Below are positions 51,704-62,622 of a stretch of DNA of 64,000 nt, in pieces (positions within the stretch are counted from its first letter, which is position 1; each line of letters starts with the position of its first letter). The DNA lies in contig DGOV01000019.1 of the NCBI GenBank assembly GCA_002390205.1, positions 11,802-75,801 on the forward strand. Direction: 5' to 3'. Source of the stretch: Proteobacteria bacterium UBA4457. GTDB taxonomy: Bacteria; Pseudomonadota; Gammaproteobacteria; Ga0077536. The notes beneath the pieces were generated by a model. The model saw only the letters and a program-made list of their open reading frames with translations. It searched no databases and was not told the DNA's origin. The translations under genes and the position numbers were made by a program.

Positions 51704-51970
51704 ATGTTTTTAATCATCGCTAGGAAGCTGCCTTAATTTGCGTAAAACAAGCGCTCAGCTTGAGATGGAAAAATGTCTATTATCCATGTAACCGTTGAGA
51801 TTGCGTCATGATAATGATAACAGCACTCGCCAGTGCAAACCTATTTTAAAACAGAAGGAATAGATTTTTTTGATCTTTGAGCTCTCTGAAAGATTAGAAT
51901 ATGATTAAGTACTTAGTTGTAATTATAATCTAGTGAAAAGTGAGCCACTCATATTGAGAAAGGGTTTCGG

Positions 51971-53416
51971 ATGACGATTGAATCTGAGTTGCGAAAATTT
52001 CTGCCTCCTGAGCGCTGCTTGTCGTCTAATGAGGCGATGAGGCCTTACGAATGTGACGGTTTATCTGCGTATCAACAAACTCCTTTGATAGTTGTTATCC
52101 CAGCTACTGTTGATGAGGTGATTAAGATAGTAAATATATGTGCGGAACATTCTACCCCTCTTGTTACGCGCGGCTCTGGCACTGGCCTTTCTGGTGGTGC
52201 TTTGCCATTAGCTAACGGTTGTTTGATGAGTCTGGCCAAGATGAATAAGATTCTTTCGATTGACATTGAAAATTTGACAGCAACCTTGGAGCCGGGCGTA
52301 CGTAACGCTGCGATCAGTGATGTGGTTAGTGAGTATGGTCTCTATTATGCCCCAGACCCTTCATCTCAAATCGCATGCAGTATTGGGGGAAATGTTGCTG
52401 AGAATTCTGGTGGGTTGCATTGTCTTAAATACGGTTTGACTGTCCATAATGTCCTGGAAATCAAGGTAGTGACGATTGATGGAGAGCTATTAACTATTGG
52501 GTCGCGTGCACCGGATACTTCCGGCTTAGACTTGTTAGCTTTGATGCATGGCTCTGAGGGGTTACTAGGTGTTGTGGTAGAGGTTACGGTTAAGCTGTTG
52601 CCGAAGCCTGAGCAGGCACGTGTTATTTTGGCCTCTTTTGACAGTGTGGATAATGCCAGCTCGGCTGTGGAGGCTATAATCAGTGCAGGTGTTGTTCCCG
52701 CTGGGTTGGAAATGATGGATGAGCTGTCGGTAGAAGTCGCGGAAGACTACTGTAAAGCAGGCTACCCGCTTGGGTGTGCGGCCATCTTACTATGTGAACT
52801 AGACGGCGTTGAGGCCGAAGTGACTGCGGAAATCGATCGAGTAAGTAGGTTAATGAACAGCGCCGGCGCTACCCAGCTTCGTGTCTCTGAAACGGAGGCT
52901 GAAAGGCTTTTATACTGGAAAGGAAGGAAATCTGCGTTTCCGGCTCTGGGGAGGATAGCGCCTGACTACTATTGTATGGATGGCACTATCCCTAGGCGAT
53001 CTTTAGGGTTTGTGTTGAATCGTATTCATGAATTATCACTGACTTACGGATTACGAGTTGCTAACGTTTTTCATGCAGGTGACGGTAATCTACATCCACT
53101 AATTGCCTATGACGCAAATGTGGACTCTCAGCTAGAGCATGCGGAGAGGTTGGGTACTGAGATCCTAGCATTATGCGTTGAAGTTGGGGGCACTATTACT
53201 GGAGAACACGGGGTCGGTGTTGAAAAACTTGATGCGATGTGCATTCAATTTTCCGATAAAGAAATTAGTCAAATGCAGGCGATAAAAAAGGCTTTTGATT
53301 CTGAAAATCTCCTAAATCCTGGCAAGGCCATACCTTCTCTTCATCGCTGCGCTGAGCTTGGAGGAATGCATATCCACAATGGACAATTGCCTCACCCCGA
53401 AATAGAAAGGTTCTAG
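51971..53416 (+). CDS. glcD: FAD-linked oxidase, GlcD/D-2-hydroxyacid dehydrogenase family
   Basis: FAD-binding PCMH domain (VVIPATVDEV...TRGSGTGLSGGALP). No glcE or glcF adjacent, so probably a stand-alone D-2-hydroxyacid dehydrogenase. Confidence 0.75.
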   Translation: MTIESELRKFLPPERCLSSNEAMRPYECDGLSAYQQTPLIVVIPATVDEVIKIVNICAEHSTPLVTRGSGTGLSGGALPLANGCLMSLAKMNKILSIDIENLTATLEPGVRNAAISDVVSEYGLYYAPDPSSQIACSIGGNVAENSGGLHCLKYGLTVHNVLEIKVVTIDGELLTIGSRAPDTSGLDLLALMHGSEGLLGVVVEVTVKLLPKPEQARVILASFDSVDNASSAVEAIISAGVVPAGLEMMDELSVEVAEDYCKAGYPLGCAAILLCELDGVEAEVTAEIDRVSRLMNSAGATQLRVSETEAERLLYWKGRKSAFPALGRIAPDYYCMDGTIPRRSLGFVLNRIHELSLTYGLRVANVFHAGDGNLHPLIAYDANVDSQLEHAERLGTEILALCVEVGGTITGEHGVGVEKLDAMCIQFSDKEISQMQAIKKAFDSENLLNPGKAIPSLHRCAELGGMHIHNGQLPHPEIERF

Positions 53417-53439
53417 GCGCTCTCCAAGGTTTTTCTAAT

Positions 53440-54900
53440 TTAAGTTTTTGTACCTCCCACAGTCAAGGAATTGATTTTTAGAGTGGGTTGGCCGACGCCT
53501 ACTGGCACTGATTGACCATTTTTACCGCAGGTGCCGACTCCGCTGTCTAGCTTTAGATCATTACCTACCATCGACACTTTGGTCAGAACATCTGGTCCGT
53601 CGCCGATCAGAGTGGCGCCTTTTACTGGATTGGTGATCTTTCCATTTTCTATGAGGTAAGCTTCACTGGCGCTAAATACAAATTTACCATTTGTGATGTC
53701 CACTTGCCCCCCACCAAAGCTAACGGCGTACAGTCCTTTTTTAACACTTTTTAGAATCTCTTCCGGAGGGTGTGCGCCTGGTTGCATGTAAGTATTAGTC
53801 ATTCTCGGCATTGGTCGATGCGCATAAGACTGGCGTCTTCCATTTCCTGTGGGTGAGGAGCCCATAAGCCCTGCATTTTGGCGGTCATGAAGATACCCTC
53901 TCAGATATCCGTTTTCTATAAGAGTGGTGCAACTTGAAAAAGTACCTTCATCGTCAATACTGAGAGAGCCGCGACGTTCATTAAGGGTGCCATCGTCAAC
54001 GACAGTGCAGCTCTCATGTGCAATTTTTTCCCCAATACGGCCAGAAAAAGCGGACGTCTTTTTCCGATTAAAGTCACCTTCTAATCCATGACCAATCGCT
54101 TCGTGAAGTAATATACCGGGCCATCCTGGGGCAAGCACTACAGTCATTTCCCCAGCAGGAGCATCCTCTGCTGATAAGTTAGTAATAGCTTGACGTAGAG
54201 CTTCGTCAGCTATTTTCTCCGCATTTCCTTCGCTGATCAGCTTTTTGTAGCTATGACGACCACCTCCACCGAAGCTTGCCGTCTCTTTTCTCCCTTTTTC
54301 CTCGACGATAACCGTAACGTTTAGCCTTACTAAGGGCCTGATATCACTCGCGAAGCCTCCATCAGAAGTGGCTACAAGAACGGTGCTATATTGTCCAGAG
54401 AGACTGGCTTTGACTTCGATAACGCGGTTATCTGCCGCCCGCAGGCGACTGTTTATTGAATTTAATAAATCTACTTTTGTTTGTGCGCTCATTTGTTCTA
54501 TGGGGTCTATGTTTTCATAATACGAAACCTTGTCAGTTCGAGTCTCAAGTTTGTATTCTCTGGTTTGTCCTCCGGCAACGATAGTGCGAGCAGCTTGTGC
54601 TGCGTTTTTTAGAGCACCAAAGGTAAGATCATCGGAATAGGCGAACCCAGTTTGTATGCCGGCAACTGTGCGTAATCCGCCGCCATGTAATATTTGGTGA
54701 GCACCTTCTTTAACGATGTTGTTTTCCATTAGCCATGATTCACTGCGAGTCGACTCTAAAAATACATCACTAAAGTCCACCGTGGGTCCGGAAAGCATCC
54801 CTATTATCGACTCTAAATGGTAGAGCTCTAGTTCGGTAGGGTCGAGTAGTCTAGCTCGTGCGTGTCCAAGTTCACTGTCTGTTGTTAAAGATTTTGTCAT
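53440..54900 (-). CDS. tldD: Metalloprotease TldD
   Basis: 486 aa with the HEAIGHGLE metal-binding motif. Confidence 0.9.
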   Translation of the reverse strand: MTKSLTTDSELGHARARLLDPTELELYHLESIIGMLSGPTVDFSDVFLESTRSESWLMENNIVKEGAHQILHGGGLRTVAGIQTGFAYSDDLTFGALKNAAQAARTIVAGGQTREYKLETRTDKVSYYENIDPIEQMSAQTKVDLLNSINSRLRAADNRVIEVKASLSGQYSTVLVATSDGGFASDIRPLVRLNVTVIVEEKGRKETASFGGGGRHSYKKLISEGNAEKIADEALRQAITNLSAEDAPAGEMTVVLAPGWPGILLHEAIGHGLEGDFNRKKTSAFSGRIGEKIAHESCTVVDDGTLNERRGSLSIDDEGTFSSCTTLIENGYLRGYLHDRQNAGLMGSSPTGNGRRQSYAHRPMPRMTNTYMQPGAHPPEEILKSVKKGLYAVSFGGGQVDITNGKFVFSASEAYLIENGKITNPVKGATLIGDGPDVLTKVSMVGNDLKLDSGVGTCGKNGQSVPVGVGQPTLKINSLTVGGTKT

Positions 54901-55007
54901 GCTTATTTCTTCTACCTAAGAATGGCTTAAGCAGACAGTTTAATAAAAATTGCTGTTATAATCGCGAACTTATTGTATTTTTGGCTCGTAATAGAAGAAT
55001 AAAACTT

Positions 55008-56189
55008 GTGACCACTGGATTTTCACGCATCGATCGTCTTCCTCCTTACGTCTTTAATGAAGTAAATAGTCTTAAAATGGCTGCGCGCTATAGGGGCGAG
55101 GACATAATAGACTTTGGTATGGGCAATCCCGATCAACCGACACCGCCGCATATTGTGGCAAAGCTTTGTGAAGCTGCAAATCGAGATGATACCCACAGAT
55201 ACTCGGTTTCTGCCGGTATTCCTCGACTTAGACGAGCTATATGTGCTTGGTATCGAAGACGATACGATGTGGTGCTGGACGCTGAAAGCGAATCCATCGT
55301 GACCATTGGTTCCAAAGAGGGGTTGGCGCATCTAGCAATGGCGACGGTAGGTGCTGGGGACACAGTTCTAGTGCCAAATCCAGCCTACCCTATTCACCCT
55401 TATGGATTCATAATCGCTGGTGCAGAAGTTCAATATGTCCCCGTTGGAGAAAATATCGATTTCTGTGAAGAGCTTCGTAAGGCAATTAAAACTGCAGCAC
55501 GGAAACCGAAGATGTTGCTTCTCAGTTTCCCAAGCAACCCAACTTCTCAGTGTGTGGAGCTACCTTTTTTTGAAGAAGTTGTTAAAATTACTCGGGAAAA
55601 TGGTATCTATGTTGTCCATGACTTGGCTTACGCTGATATTGTTTTTGACGGGTATAAGGCGCCCTCTATCATGCAGGTTGAGGGGGCAAGAGAGCATTGT
55701 GTTGAATTTTTTTCCTTATCAAAAAGTTATAGTATGCCAGGTTGGCGAGTCGGCTTTATGGTAGGTAACGCTGATTTGGTTGCTGCTCTAGCCAGACTTA
55801 AATCATACTTGGATTATGGGATTTTTACTCCTATTCAGGTTGCGGCTATAGCCGCGTTGGAGGGAAGTCAGGACTGTGTGATCGAGATCAGAGACATGTA
55901 TAAAACTAGGCGTGATGTGCTCTGTGAGGGAATGAATGCTGCGGGCTGGGAAGTTGTCGCCCCAAAAGCTACGATGTTTGTTTGGGCAAAAATACCTAAT
56001 TCTTTGCGTGCGCTAGGCTCAATGGAGTTTTCTAAAAAGCTATTGTCCGAAGGGAAAGTGGCGGTTTCTCCTGGACTAGGTTTTGGTAGCTTTGGAGATG
56101 AGTACGTGCGGTTTTCTCTAATTGAGAACGTGCACAGGACTCGACAAGCAATTCGAGGAATAAAGGGTTTAATGCGCAATGTTGATTAG
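55008..56189 (+). CDS. alaC: PLP-dependent aminotransferase, AlaC/YfdZ-like (alanine-synthesising transaminase)
   Basis: [38 protein letters not shown] is near-identical in pattern to E. coli AlaC. The track ORF starting at 54858 overlaps tldD; an in-frame GTG at 55008 or TTG at 54981 is the more plausible start. Confidence 0.75.
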   Translation: MTTGFSRIDRLPPYVFNEVNSLKMAARYRGEDIIDFGMGNPDQPTPPHIVAKLCEAANRDDTHRYSVSAGIPRLRRAICAWYRRRYDVVLDAESESIVTIGSKEGLAHLAMATVGAGDTVLVPNPAYPIHPYGFIIAGAEVQYVPVGENIDFCEELRKAIKTAARKPKMLLLSFPSNPTSQCVELPFFEEVVKITRENGIYVVHDLAYADIVFDGYKAPSIMQVEGAREHCVEFFSLSKSYSMPGWRVGFMVGNADLVAALARLKSYLDYGIFTPIQVAAIAALEGSQDCVIEIRDMYKTRRDVLCEGMNAAGWEVVAPKATMFVWAKIPNSLRALGSMEFSKKLLSEGKVAVSPGLGFGSFGDEYVRFSLIENVHRTRQAIRGIKGLMRNVD

Positions 56190-56198
56190 CAACCGAAG

Positions 56199-57527
56199 AT
56201 GGATGAGGCTCAGAAGCCAATGCAAGTAATTAAAGTTGGCTTGTTAGGCCTTGGCACTGTTGGTGCAAGCGTGATTCGTATTTTACAAAAAAACAAAGTC
56301 GCGATCGAAGAGAAATGTGGGTGCAGCTTTGAAGTCATTATTGCTTGTGCCCGGGATCTAGAAAAGGCCAGAGATTGCTCGCTGGACGGACTCATTCTAA
56401 CGACTGATCCTCTTGAGGTAGTGAGCCACCCAGAGGTTGAAGTAGTAGTGGAGCTAATGGGTGGAACAAGTATAGCGCTAGAAGTTTTGATAGAAGCAAT
56501 CGAAAAATCCAAGCACGTAGTGACTGCAAATAAAGCGGTTATAGCATTGCATGGGAATGAGTTGATTGGAACTGCGAAGCGAAATGATATTTTCTTAGGT
56601 TTCGAAGCAGCAATCGCGGGCAGTATCCCTGTTGTTAAAACGTTACGCGAATCGTTGGTAGGAAATTCTATTAGTAAGATTGTTGGGATAGTTAACGGCA
56701 CTTGCAATTTCATGCTTTCCGGAATGTCTGAGTCTGGGTGCAGTTTCGGGGCTATTTTAAAAGAGGCACAAACGCTGGGTTATGCCGAAGCCGACCCATC
56801 TTTTGACGTTGATGGTATTGATGCCGGGCATAAACTGGCTATTCTGGCATCTCTTGCGTTTGGTGGCGCCATTCAGTTTGAAAAAGTGTCTATTGATGGA
56901 ATAAGAGAAATTTTAGTTGATGACCTAGTTTATGCAGACGCGCTGGGATATAAGGTAAAACACCTTGCTCTAGCTAATAAGGGCGTTTCGGGTATTGAAT
57001 TACGAGTGCACCCCACACTAATTCCAAAGGGACATGTTTTAGCCAATATCGATGGTGTGCTTAATGCAGTGTTAATTGACGCGGAGGAAACAGGCCCTCT
57101 TCTTTTGTCAGGAGCCGGCGCAGGCGGCGACGCCACCGCTTCTTCAGTTATAAGTGACTTGGTTAGTCTTGCCGCGAAATCAAGTCAAAAACAAAACATT
57201 CAGCGCGCTGAGTTTCGAGCGAAATCCGATCTTAGCTCCGAGGTGAACGTCTTGCCTATTGAAAATATTTCTAGTGCTTACTATCTGCGTATACAAGCGC
57301 TCGACAAACCCGGAGTCCTGGCTGAAATCAGCCAAAATTTAGCTTCATCTGAAGTAAGTATTGAGGCTATAAGGCAGCAAGAGTCTTATGGCGATGACGG
57401 CTCTGTTCCCATAATTATTATTACCCGAAAAATCACTGAAGCTGCGATAGCAAATGCTTGTAAGCATATTGGTAATTCAGACAACGTGTGTGGTGATATA
57501 GTACGTTACAGAGTGGAGAGTCCTTAG
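56199..57527 (+). CDS. hom: Homoserine dehydrogenase with C-terminal ACT domain
   Basis: VGLLGLGTVGASV NAD motif and a C-terminal ACT domain. Alternative start at the ATG at 56220 (MQVIKVG...). Confidence 0.9.
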   Translation: MDEAQKPMQVIKVGLLGLGTVGASVIRILQKNKVAIEEKCGCSFEVIIACARDLEKARDCSLDGLILTTDPLEVVSHPEVEVVVELMGGTSIALEVLIEAIEKSKHVVTANKAVIALHGNELIGTAKRNDIFLGFEAAIAGSIPVVKTLRESLVGNSISKIVGIVNGTCNFMLSGMSESGCSFGAILKEAQTLGYAEADPSFDVDGIDAGHKLAILASLAFGGAIQFEKVSIDGIREILVDDLVYADALGYKVKHLALANKGVSGIELRVHPTLIPKGHVLANIDGVLNAVLIDAEETGPLLLSGAGAGGDATASSVISDLVSLAAKSSQKQNIQRAEFRAKSDLSSEVNVLPIENISSAYYLRIQALDKPGVLAEISQNLASSEVSIEAIRQQESYGDDGSVPIIIITRKITEAAIANACKHIGNSDNVCGDIVRYRVESP

Positions 57528-58661
57528 ATGAATAAAAACACACGTTATGATGGCTTGATAGCTCGATACAGGGCTAGGTTGCCTATTGATAGTGAAACGA
57601 AAATCATTAGCTTGTGTGAAGGTGATACTCCGTTAATTAGACTAGACAACATTATGAAGTCTATTGGGCACGATATCGAGTTATACGCTAAATTTGACGG
57701 TACCAACCCTACAGGTTCTTTTAAGGACCGTGGGATGACGATGGCTGTTACACAAGCTATCAAAGAGGGTGCTGAGGCGATAATTTGTGCATCTACAGGA
57801 AACACATCGGCCTCCGCTGCCGCCTATGCCTCTCGCGCAGGTATAAAAGCATTTGTTCTAATCCCAGAAGGAAAAATTGCGCTGGGTAAGTTGGCGCAAG
57901 CTATGATTCAAGGAGCCGTTGTCATTCAGATTGAAGGTAATTTTGACGATGGCATGCAGATTGTGAAGAGTCTCGAATCCGCAGCTCCAGTGACTATAGT
58001 CAATTCCGTCAACCCATACAGACTGCAGGGCCAAAAGACTGCCGCGTTTGAGATAATTGATGCGCTGGGTAGAGCGCCGGACTTCCACTGTGTGCCTGTC
58101 GGTAATGCGGGCAACATCAGTGCTTACTGGGCAGGGTTCTGCGAGTATGCATCTATTCCTAAATCAGATTGGGCTCGCGCTGGTGCTGAATTTGACTTTG
58201 CTTATAGCTTTCCACCAGTAGTTGCATCACGGCCGAAAATTTTGGGGTATCAAGCCTCTCTTGCCGATCCTTTTGTTCGTCGTGAAATGGTTAAGGAGCC
58301 TGAAACGATAGCGACAGCTATCCGCATCGGGCGGCCCCAGTCCTGGGACTATGCTTGGGGCGCAAGTGGAGAATCTGGTGGATGGTTTGATTCCATGAGC
58401 GATGAAGAGATATTAAAAACGCAAAAAGTGCTGGCAGAAAAAGAAGGAATATTTTGTGAGCCGGCCTCTGCGATTAGTCTGGGCGGAGTGATGAGAGATA
58501 TTGTAAATGGGAAAATTCCGGACGGAAGTGTAATCACATGCACATTGACCGGTCATGGCTTGAAAGATCCTGACACTGCAATAAATCAGTGTGCTGGAGG
58601 GACAATAAAAGTCCCAGCAAAATTGGATGCAGTAAAGCGGGCTATACTTGACAGTATGTAA
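57528..58661 (+). CDS. thrC: Threonine synthase (short form)
   Basis: PLP lysine context FKDRGMT. Start overlaps the hom stop (TAGATG). 377 aa. Confidence 0.85.
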   Translation: MNKNTRYDGLIARYRARLPIDSETKIISLCEGDTPLIRLDNIMKSIGHDIELYAKFDGTNPTGSFKDRGMTMAVTQAIKEGAEAIICASTGNTSASAAAYASRAGIKAFVLIPEGKIALGKLAQAMIQGAVVIQIEGNFDDGMQIVKSLESAAPVTIVNSVNPYRLQGQKTAAFEIIDALGRAPDFHCVPVGNAGNISAYWAGFCEYASIPKSDWARAGAEFDFAYSFPPVVASRPKILGYQASLADPFVRREMVKEPETIATAIRIGRPQSWDYAWGASGESGGWFDSMSDEEILKTQKVLAEKEGIFCEPASAISLGGVMRDIVNGKIPDGSVITCTLTGHGLKDPDTAINQCAGGTIKVPAKLDAVKRAILDSM

Positions 58662-59685
58662 TCATCAGATGAAAAGCGATTCGCCTAGACTTGAAATATT
58701 CTTTCCTGAACCCCAAAGATATCTGCTCCCTAGTACAAACCCAAGTGATGCTATTAATAAGCCCTTAGAGCGGGCGCTTAGCCGCGCTGGGGTTTCTTCA
58801 AGGCTCTCTCGTTACTTTGTTCAGGAGGTTTTGGCGTACTTTGAGATAACTGGAGAATCGGGTGATATTCCTTCGGTGGCGGCCTTGTTCTCTCAATATG
58901 ACTCTGGTAAGACGTCTGCAGCTAATCTTATCAATGTGGCACCGGTTTATTTGAGGGCAGATCCTAGTCGATTACTCATGTTTGATGCTCCTGTGATTGA
59001 ACTCACTGAGGATGAATCTCTTGAATTATTCCATGAAGTATCTAAATTTTTTCTCGAGGATGGTCATAAGCTCAGTTATGGTTCTGCTGGACGGTGGTAT
59101 TTGGAGTGCGACGATACATTATCATTTTATAATGCTGATCCATTTGAGTTGCGCGGCATGCCTCTAGAACCTAGCGCGACAGATAGGAGAGCATTAGGCG
59201 TCTTTGGCAAGATGATGACAGAAGCTCAGATGATATTGTATGAATCCAGTGTTAACCAGGCGCGAATTTCGCTGGGAAAGACACCAATAAATAGCTTGTG
59301 GTTCTGGGGTGCAGGATCAACTCCTGTTAGAAGCGCGACTAATGAAGGTATTTTTTTTGGAAAAGACGATTTCTCCGCATCATGTGCTTCTTTCTTTAGT
59401 TGTGACTATTCTCAGAATATTCTAGAGTTGCCAGAACAACTGGAAGCAGTGAAAGGTGTCACGACAATTATACTGCCGCCGCATAGAGACGATAGCTTTA
59501 TCATAGAGTTTTTAGAAAAAGTCTTCCCGCAAATATTGTTGGCGCTCAGAAAGAGTTCAGTTTTTTCCGTTACTATTGCATCTAATCGCCAAAAGTATTC
59601 CATTACCTCGCGAACTCAATGTCGGTTTTGGCGTGCGAGTAAAACGCTTGAGAACTTACTCGGGAAAACGGTCAGTGAGTTTTAG
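58648..59685 (+). CDS. Conserved hypothetical protein (345 aa), translationally coupled to thrC
   Basis: Reading frame is open from the TTG at 58648; an in-frame ATG at 58669 is 7 nt after the thrC stop. No recognisable motif. Its 3' end overlaps the recJ start region. Confidence 0.5.
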   Translation: MTVCNHQMKSDSPRLEIFFPEPQRYLLPSTNPSDAINKPLERALSRAGVSSRLSRYFVQEVLAYFEITGESGDIPSVAALFSQYDSGKTSAANLINVAPVYLRADPSRLLMFDAPVIELTEDESLELFHEVSKFFLEDGHKLSYGSAGRWYLECDDTLSFYNADPFELRGMPLEPSATDRRALGVFGKMMTEAQMILYESSVNQARISLGKTPINSLWFWGAGSTPVRSATNEGIFFGKDDFSASCASFFSCDYSQNILELPEQLEAVKGVTTIILPPHRDDSFIIEFLEKVFPQILLALRKSSVFSVTIASNRQKYSITSRTQCRFWRASKTLENLLGKTVSEF

Positions 59686-61420
59686 CGGTCTGCAGCTCAA
59701 GCCCAAGATCGTCCGAAGATCGACGAATGATGTGTCGACTCTATCCCAAAGCATGCACCACATCATTAGTCGAGTGCTGCAGTTCCGAGGAGTGCTTGCC
59801 TCTGAGCAACTTGATATCTCAATTAGTGGACTACATACACAGGAACTTCTAAGTGGAATAGATAAGGCAGAAGCCTTAATTGTGGATGCTGTTCGCTCAG
59901 ATAAAAAGATACTTATAGTCGGCGACTATGATGCGGATGGTGCGACAAGTATCGCTGTGGCTATTCGGGCTTTACGTAGTATGGGTGCGCAGAATGTAGA
60001 ATACCTAGTTCCGAACAGGTTTGGATTTGGATACGGCTTAACTGTAGAGATTGTTGAGGTTGCAAAAAAAATGCAACCAGATTTGATTATTACAGTAGAC
60101 AATGGAATTTCCAGCATCAGCGGCGTCGCGGCTGCTAAAGCTAGCGGGATAAGTGTGTTGGTTACCGATCATCACTTGCCGGGAGAAACTCTGCCTGCTG
60201 CTGATGCCATTATAAATCCGAATTTATTCGGTGATAAATTCCCGAGCAAAATGCTTGCTGGTGTAGGTGTGATTTTTTATGTCATGGCCGCTGTACGACG
60301 GCGACTACGCGAGGCCGATTGGTTTAAGCGCAAGAACATCGATGAGCCAAAGCTTAGTAATTTGCTCGATCTGGTCGCTTTGGGAACGATAGCTGATGTC
60401 GTGCCTTTAGATCAAAACAATCGTCGCCTGGTAGATTATGGATTGCGACTTATTCGACAAGGGCGTGGGCAACCAGGTATATCAGCGATAATTGAAGCGG
60501 CTAACAAGAAATCTGCAGAAATCCGTAGCAGCGATCTCGGATTTGTTGTCGGCCCGAGACTTAATGCGGCTGGACGTCTCGCAGACATGTCACTTGGTGT
60601 TGAGTGCCTACTTAGCGATGAACCAGCGCGATGCAAAGAAATAGCTATTCAACTATCTGATTTGAATATTCAAAGACGTGAAATAGAAGATAAAATGAGA
60701 GAGAAGGCGTTCAGCTTAATTTCAACGTCTCTTGTCGATGATGCTTCTCTGGCCCCTGCGATGTGCCTGTTTCATGAAGATTGGCATCAAGGTGTTGTTG
60801 GTATAGTGGCTGCCAGAGTGAAAGAACAATTTTACCGTCCTACAATTGCATTCGCATTAGTGGACAATAATGTGCTTAAAGGTTCCGCGCGTTCGATCCA
60901 AGGTGTACATGTTCGAGATGTACTTGCTCGGGTATCAAGTCGCAATGAAGGGTTGATAATTAGTTTTGGCGGGCATGCAGCAGCGGCAGGTCTGTCAATT
61001 AAGCGATCTGATTTCAACGAATTCTCGAACAAATTCGAAGAGGGAGTTTCAGAGGTTTTAGATGCCGATACATTGAATAGGACTATCTCTACTGATGGCC
61101 TACTGTTAGCAGAGGACATGAGCTTGGCCTTAGCTGAAGAATTGGAATCAGTCTCTCCGTGGGGCCAAGCGTTCCCTGAACCTCGATTTGATGGAGTATT
61201 CACAATAAAAGACAGAAGGATTGTAGGTTCTAATCACGCACGACTGACATTAGAACCCGCTGAATCTGGAAAGCGGATCCCAGCGATCATGTTTGGAGGC
61301 GCTGATGAGAGCTGGTACGCTGATACTAATGTGATAAGGATAGTTTATCGACTCACTATTAATCGCTTTCGTAATCAAAAGACTTTGCAACTAATGATTG
61401 AGTATGCTGAGGCCGTTTAA
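59675..61420 (+). CDS. recJ: Single-stranded-DNA-specific exonuclease RecJ
   Basis: DHH motifs (ILIVGDYDADGATS, DHH) and a DHHA1 domain. Start is uncertain: the track ORF begins at the ATG at 59576, but alignment with E. coli RecJ suggests the in-frame GTG at 59675. Confidence 0.85.
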   Translation: MSFSGLQLKPKIVRRSTNDVSTLSQSMHHIISRVLQFRGVLASEQLDISISGLHTQELLSGIDKAEALIVDAVRSDKKILIVGDYDADGATSIAVAIRALRSMGAQNVEYLVPNRFGFGYGLTVEIVEVAKKMQPDLIITVDNGISSISGVAAAKASGISVLVTDHHLPGETLPAADAIINPNLFGDKFPSKMLAGVGVIFYVMAAVRRRLREADWFKRKNIDEPKLSNLLDLVALGTIADVVPLDQNNRRLVDYGLRLIRQGRGQPGISAIIEAANKKSAEIRSSDLGFVVGPRLNAAGRLADMSLGVECLLSDEPARCKEIAIQLSDLNIQRREIEDKMREKAFSLISTSLVDDASLAPAMCLFHEDWHQGVVGIVAARVKEQFYRPTIAFALVDNNVLKGSARSIQGVHVRDVLARVSSRNEGLIISFGGHAAAAGLSIKRSDFNEFSNKFEEGVSEVLDADTLNRTISTDGLLLAEDMSLALAEELESVSPWGQAFPEPRFDGVFTIKDRRIVGSNHARLTLEPAESGKRIPAIMFGGADESWYADTNVIRIVYRLTINRFRNQKTLQLMIEYAEAV

Positions 61421-61511
61421 TTTCAGCATAATACAAGGCATACTGCGTTTCCCCAAGTAGCCCAATGGCGCTACAATGAGGCAAGCCAATTACAAATTGT
61501 TAGCAAACATT

Positions 61512-62607
61512 ATGGAATTAAATCCGATTTTCAATCTCGCGAGGGACCTTATCTCGCGGGTACAGTCACTTAGGGGGTATCTTTGACTATACTTCCAAAA
61601 GAGAAAGACTCTCCGAAGTAGAGCTTGAGCTTCAGGTGCCAACTATCTGGGATACGCCGAAAATCGCGCAAGAGCTAGGGAAAGAAAAAGTTGGTCTTGA
61701 GAGGGTTGTGAATTCTATTGACGCATTAGAATCACAGTTAAAAGATGCTGAAGAATTGCTAGAATTGGTGAAAGAAGAAGGCGATGAGCATACTGCGCAG
61801 GCAGTGAAAATCGATATTTGTAAAGCTGAGGAATTGGTCGAAAGCCTGGAGTTTCAGAGGATGTTTTCGGGTGAAGCCGATCACTGTAGCGCATTCCTCG
61901 ATATTCAGGCAGGCTCGGGTGGGACTGAGGCTCAAGACTGGGCGGAGATGTTGTTAAGGATGTATCTGAAGTGGGGCGAATCGCATCAGTTTGTTTCTGA
62001 ATTGATAGAAGTTTCTCCTGGCGATGTAGCTGGGATAAAAAGTGCTACCGTTAAATTTTCTGGCGACTATGCTTTTGGGTGGTTACGAACAGAGACGGGA
62101 GTTCATCGTCTTGTTAGGAAGTCTCCTTTTGATTCAAGTAGCCGGAGACACACTTCTTTCGCTTCTGTTTTCGTAGCTCCTGAAATCGATGATGATATTG
62201 TAATTGATATTAATACTTCTGATATTAGAGTTGATACTTACCGAGCTAGCGGAGCGGGTGGACAGCATATTAACAAGACGGACTCCGCTGTTCGGCTAAC
62301 GCATAAGCCGACAGGGATAGTAGTGCAATGTCAGAATGAGCGTTCTCAACATAAAAATCGAGATCAGGCTATGAAGCTTTTGCGCAGTAAGATGTATGAG
62401 CAAGAAATGTTGAAGCGAGCAGAACATCAGCAAGTTTTAGAAGATAGTAAGGCCGATATTGGTTGGGGATCGCAGATCAGGTCTTATGTATTAGACCAGT
62501 CCCGTATCAAAGACTTACGTACTAATGTTGAAACGGGAAACACACAAGCAGTACTGGACGGTGGTCTGGATGTATTTATTGAAGCAAGTTTAAGGAATGG
62601 ACTGTAG
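61512..62607 (+). CDS. prfB: Peptide chain release factor 2, requiring a +1 programmed ribosomal frameshift (join 61512..61583, 61585..62607)
   Basis: Frame 0 reads [24 protein letters not shown] then TGA at 61584-61586. The classic recoding site AGGGGGTATCTTTGAC is present. The +1 frame continues [25 protein letters not shown] into the 61636 ORF, which contains the SPF and GGQ ([16 protein letters not shown]) motifs. Confidence 0.92.
61572..61587 (+). other. prfB +1 frameshift site: internal SD-like AGGGGG followed by the shifty CUU UGA C
   Basis: Read directly: tagggggtatctttgac at 61571-61587; the in-frame UGA is at 61584-61586. Confidence 0.9.
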
Positions 62608-62622
62608 TCTGAGGGTTTTTCA

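Noticed and set aside
59576-59674. ATG at 59576 as the recJ start (track ORF of 614 aa)
   Set aside because: It would overlap the preceding ORF by 110 nt and add ~35 residues absent from E. coli RecJ. The in-frame GTG at 59675 aligns better, but this remains uncertain.
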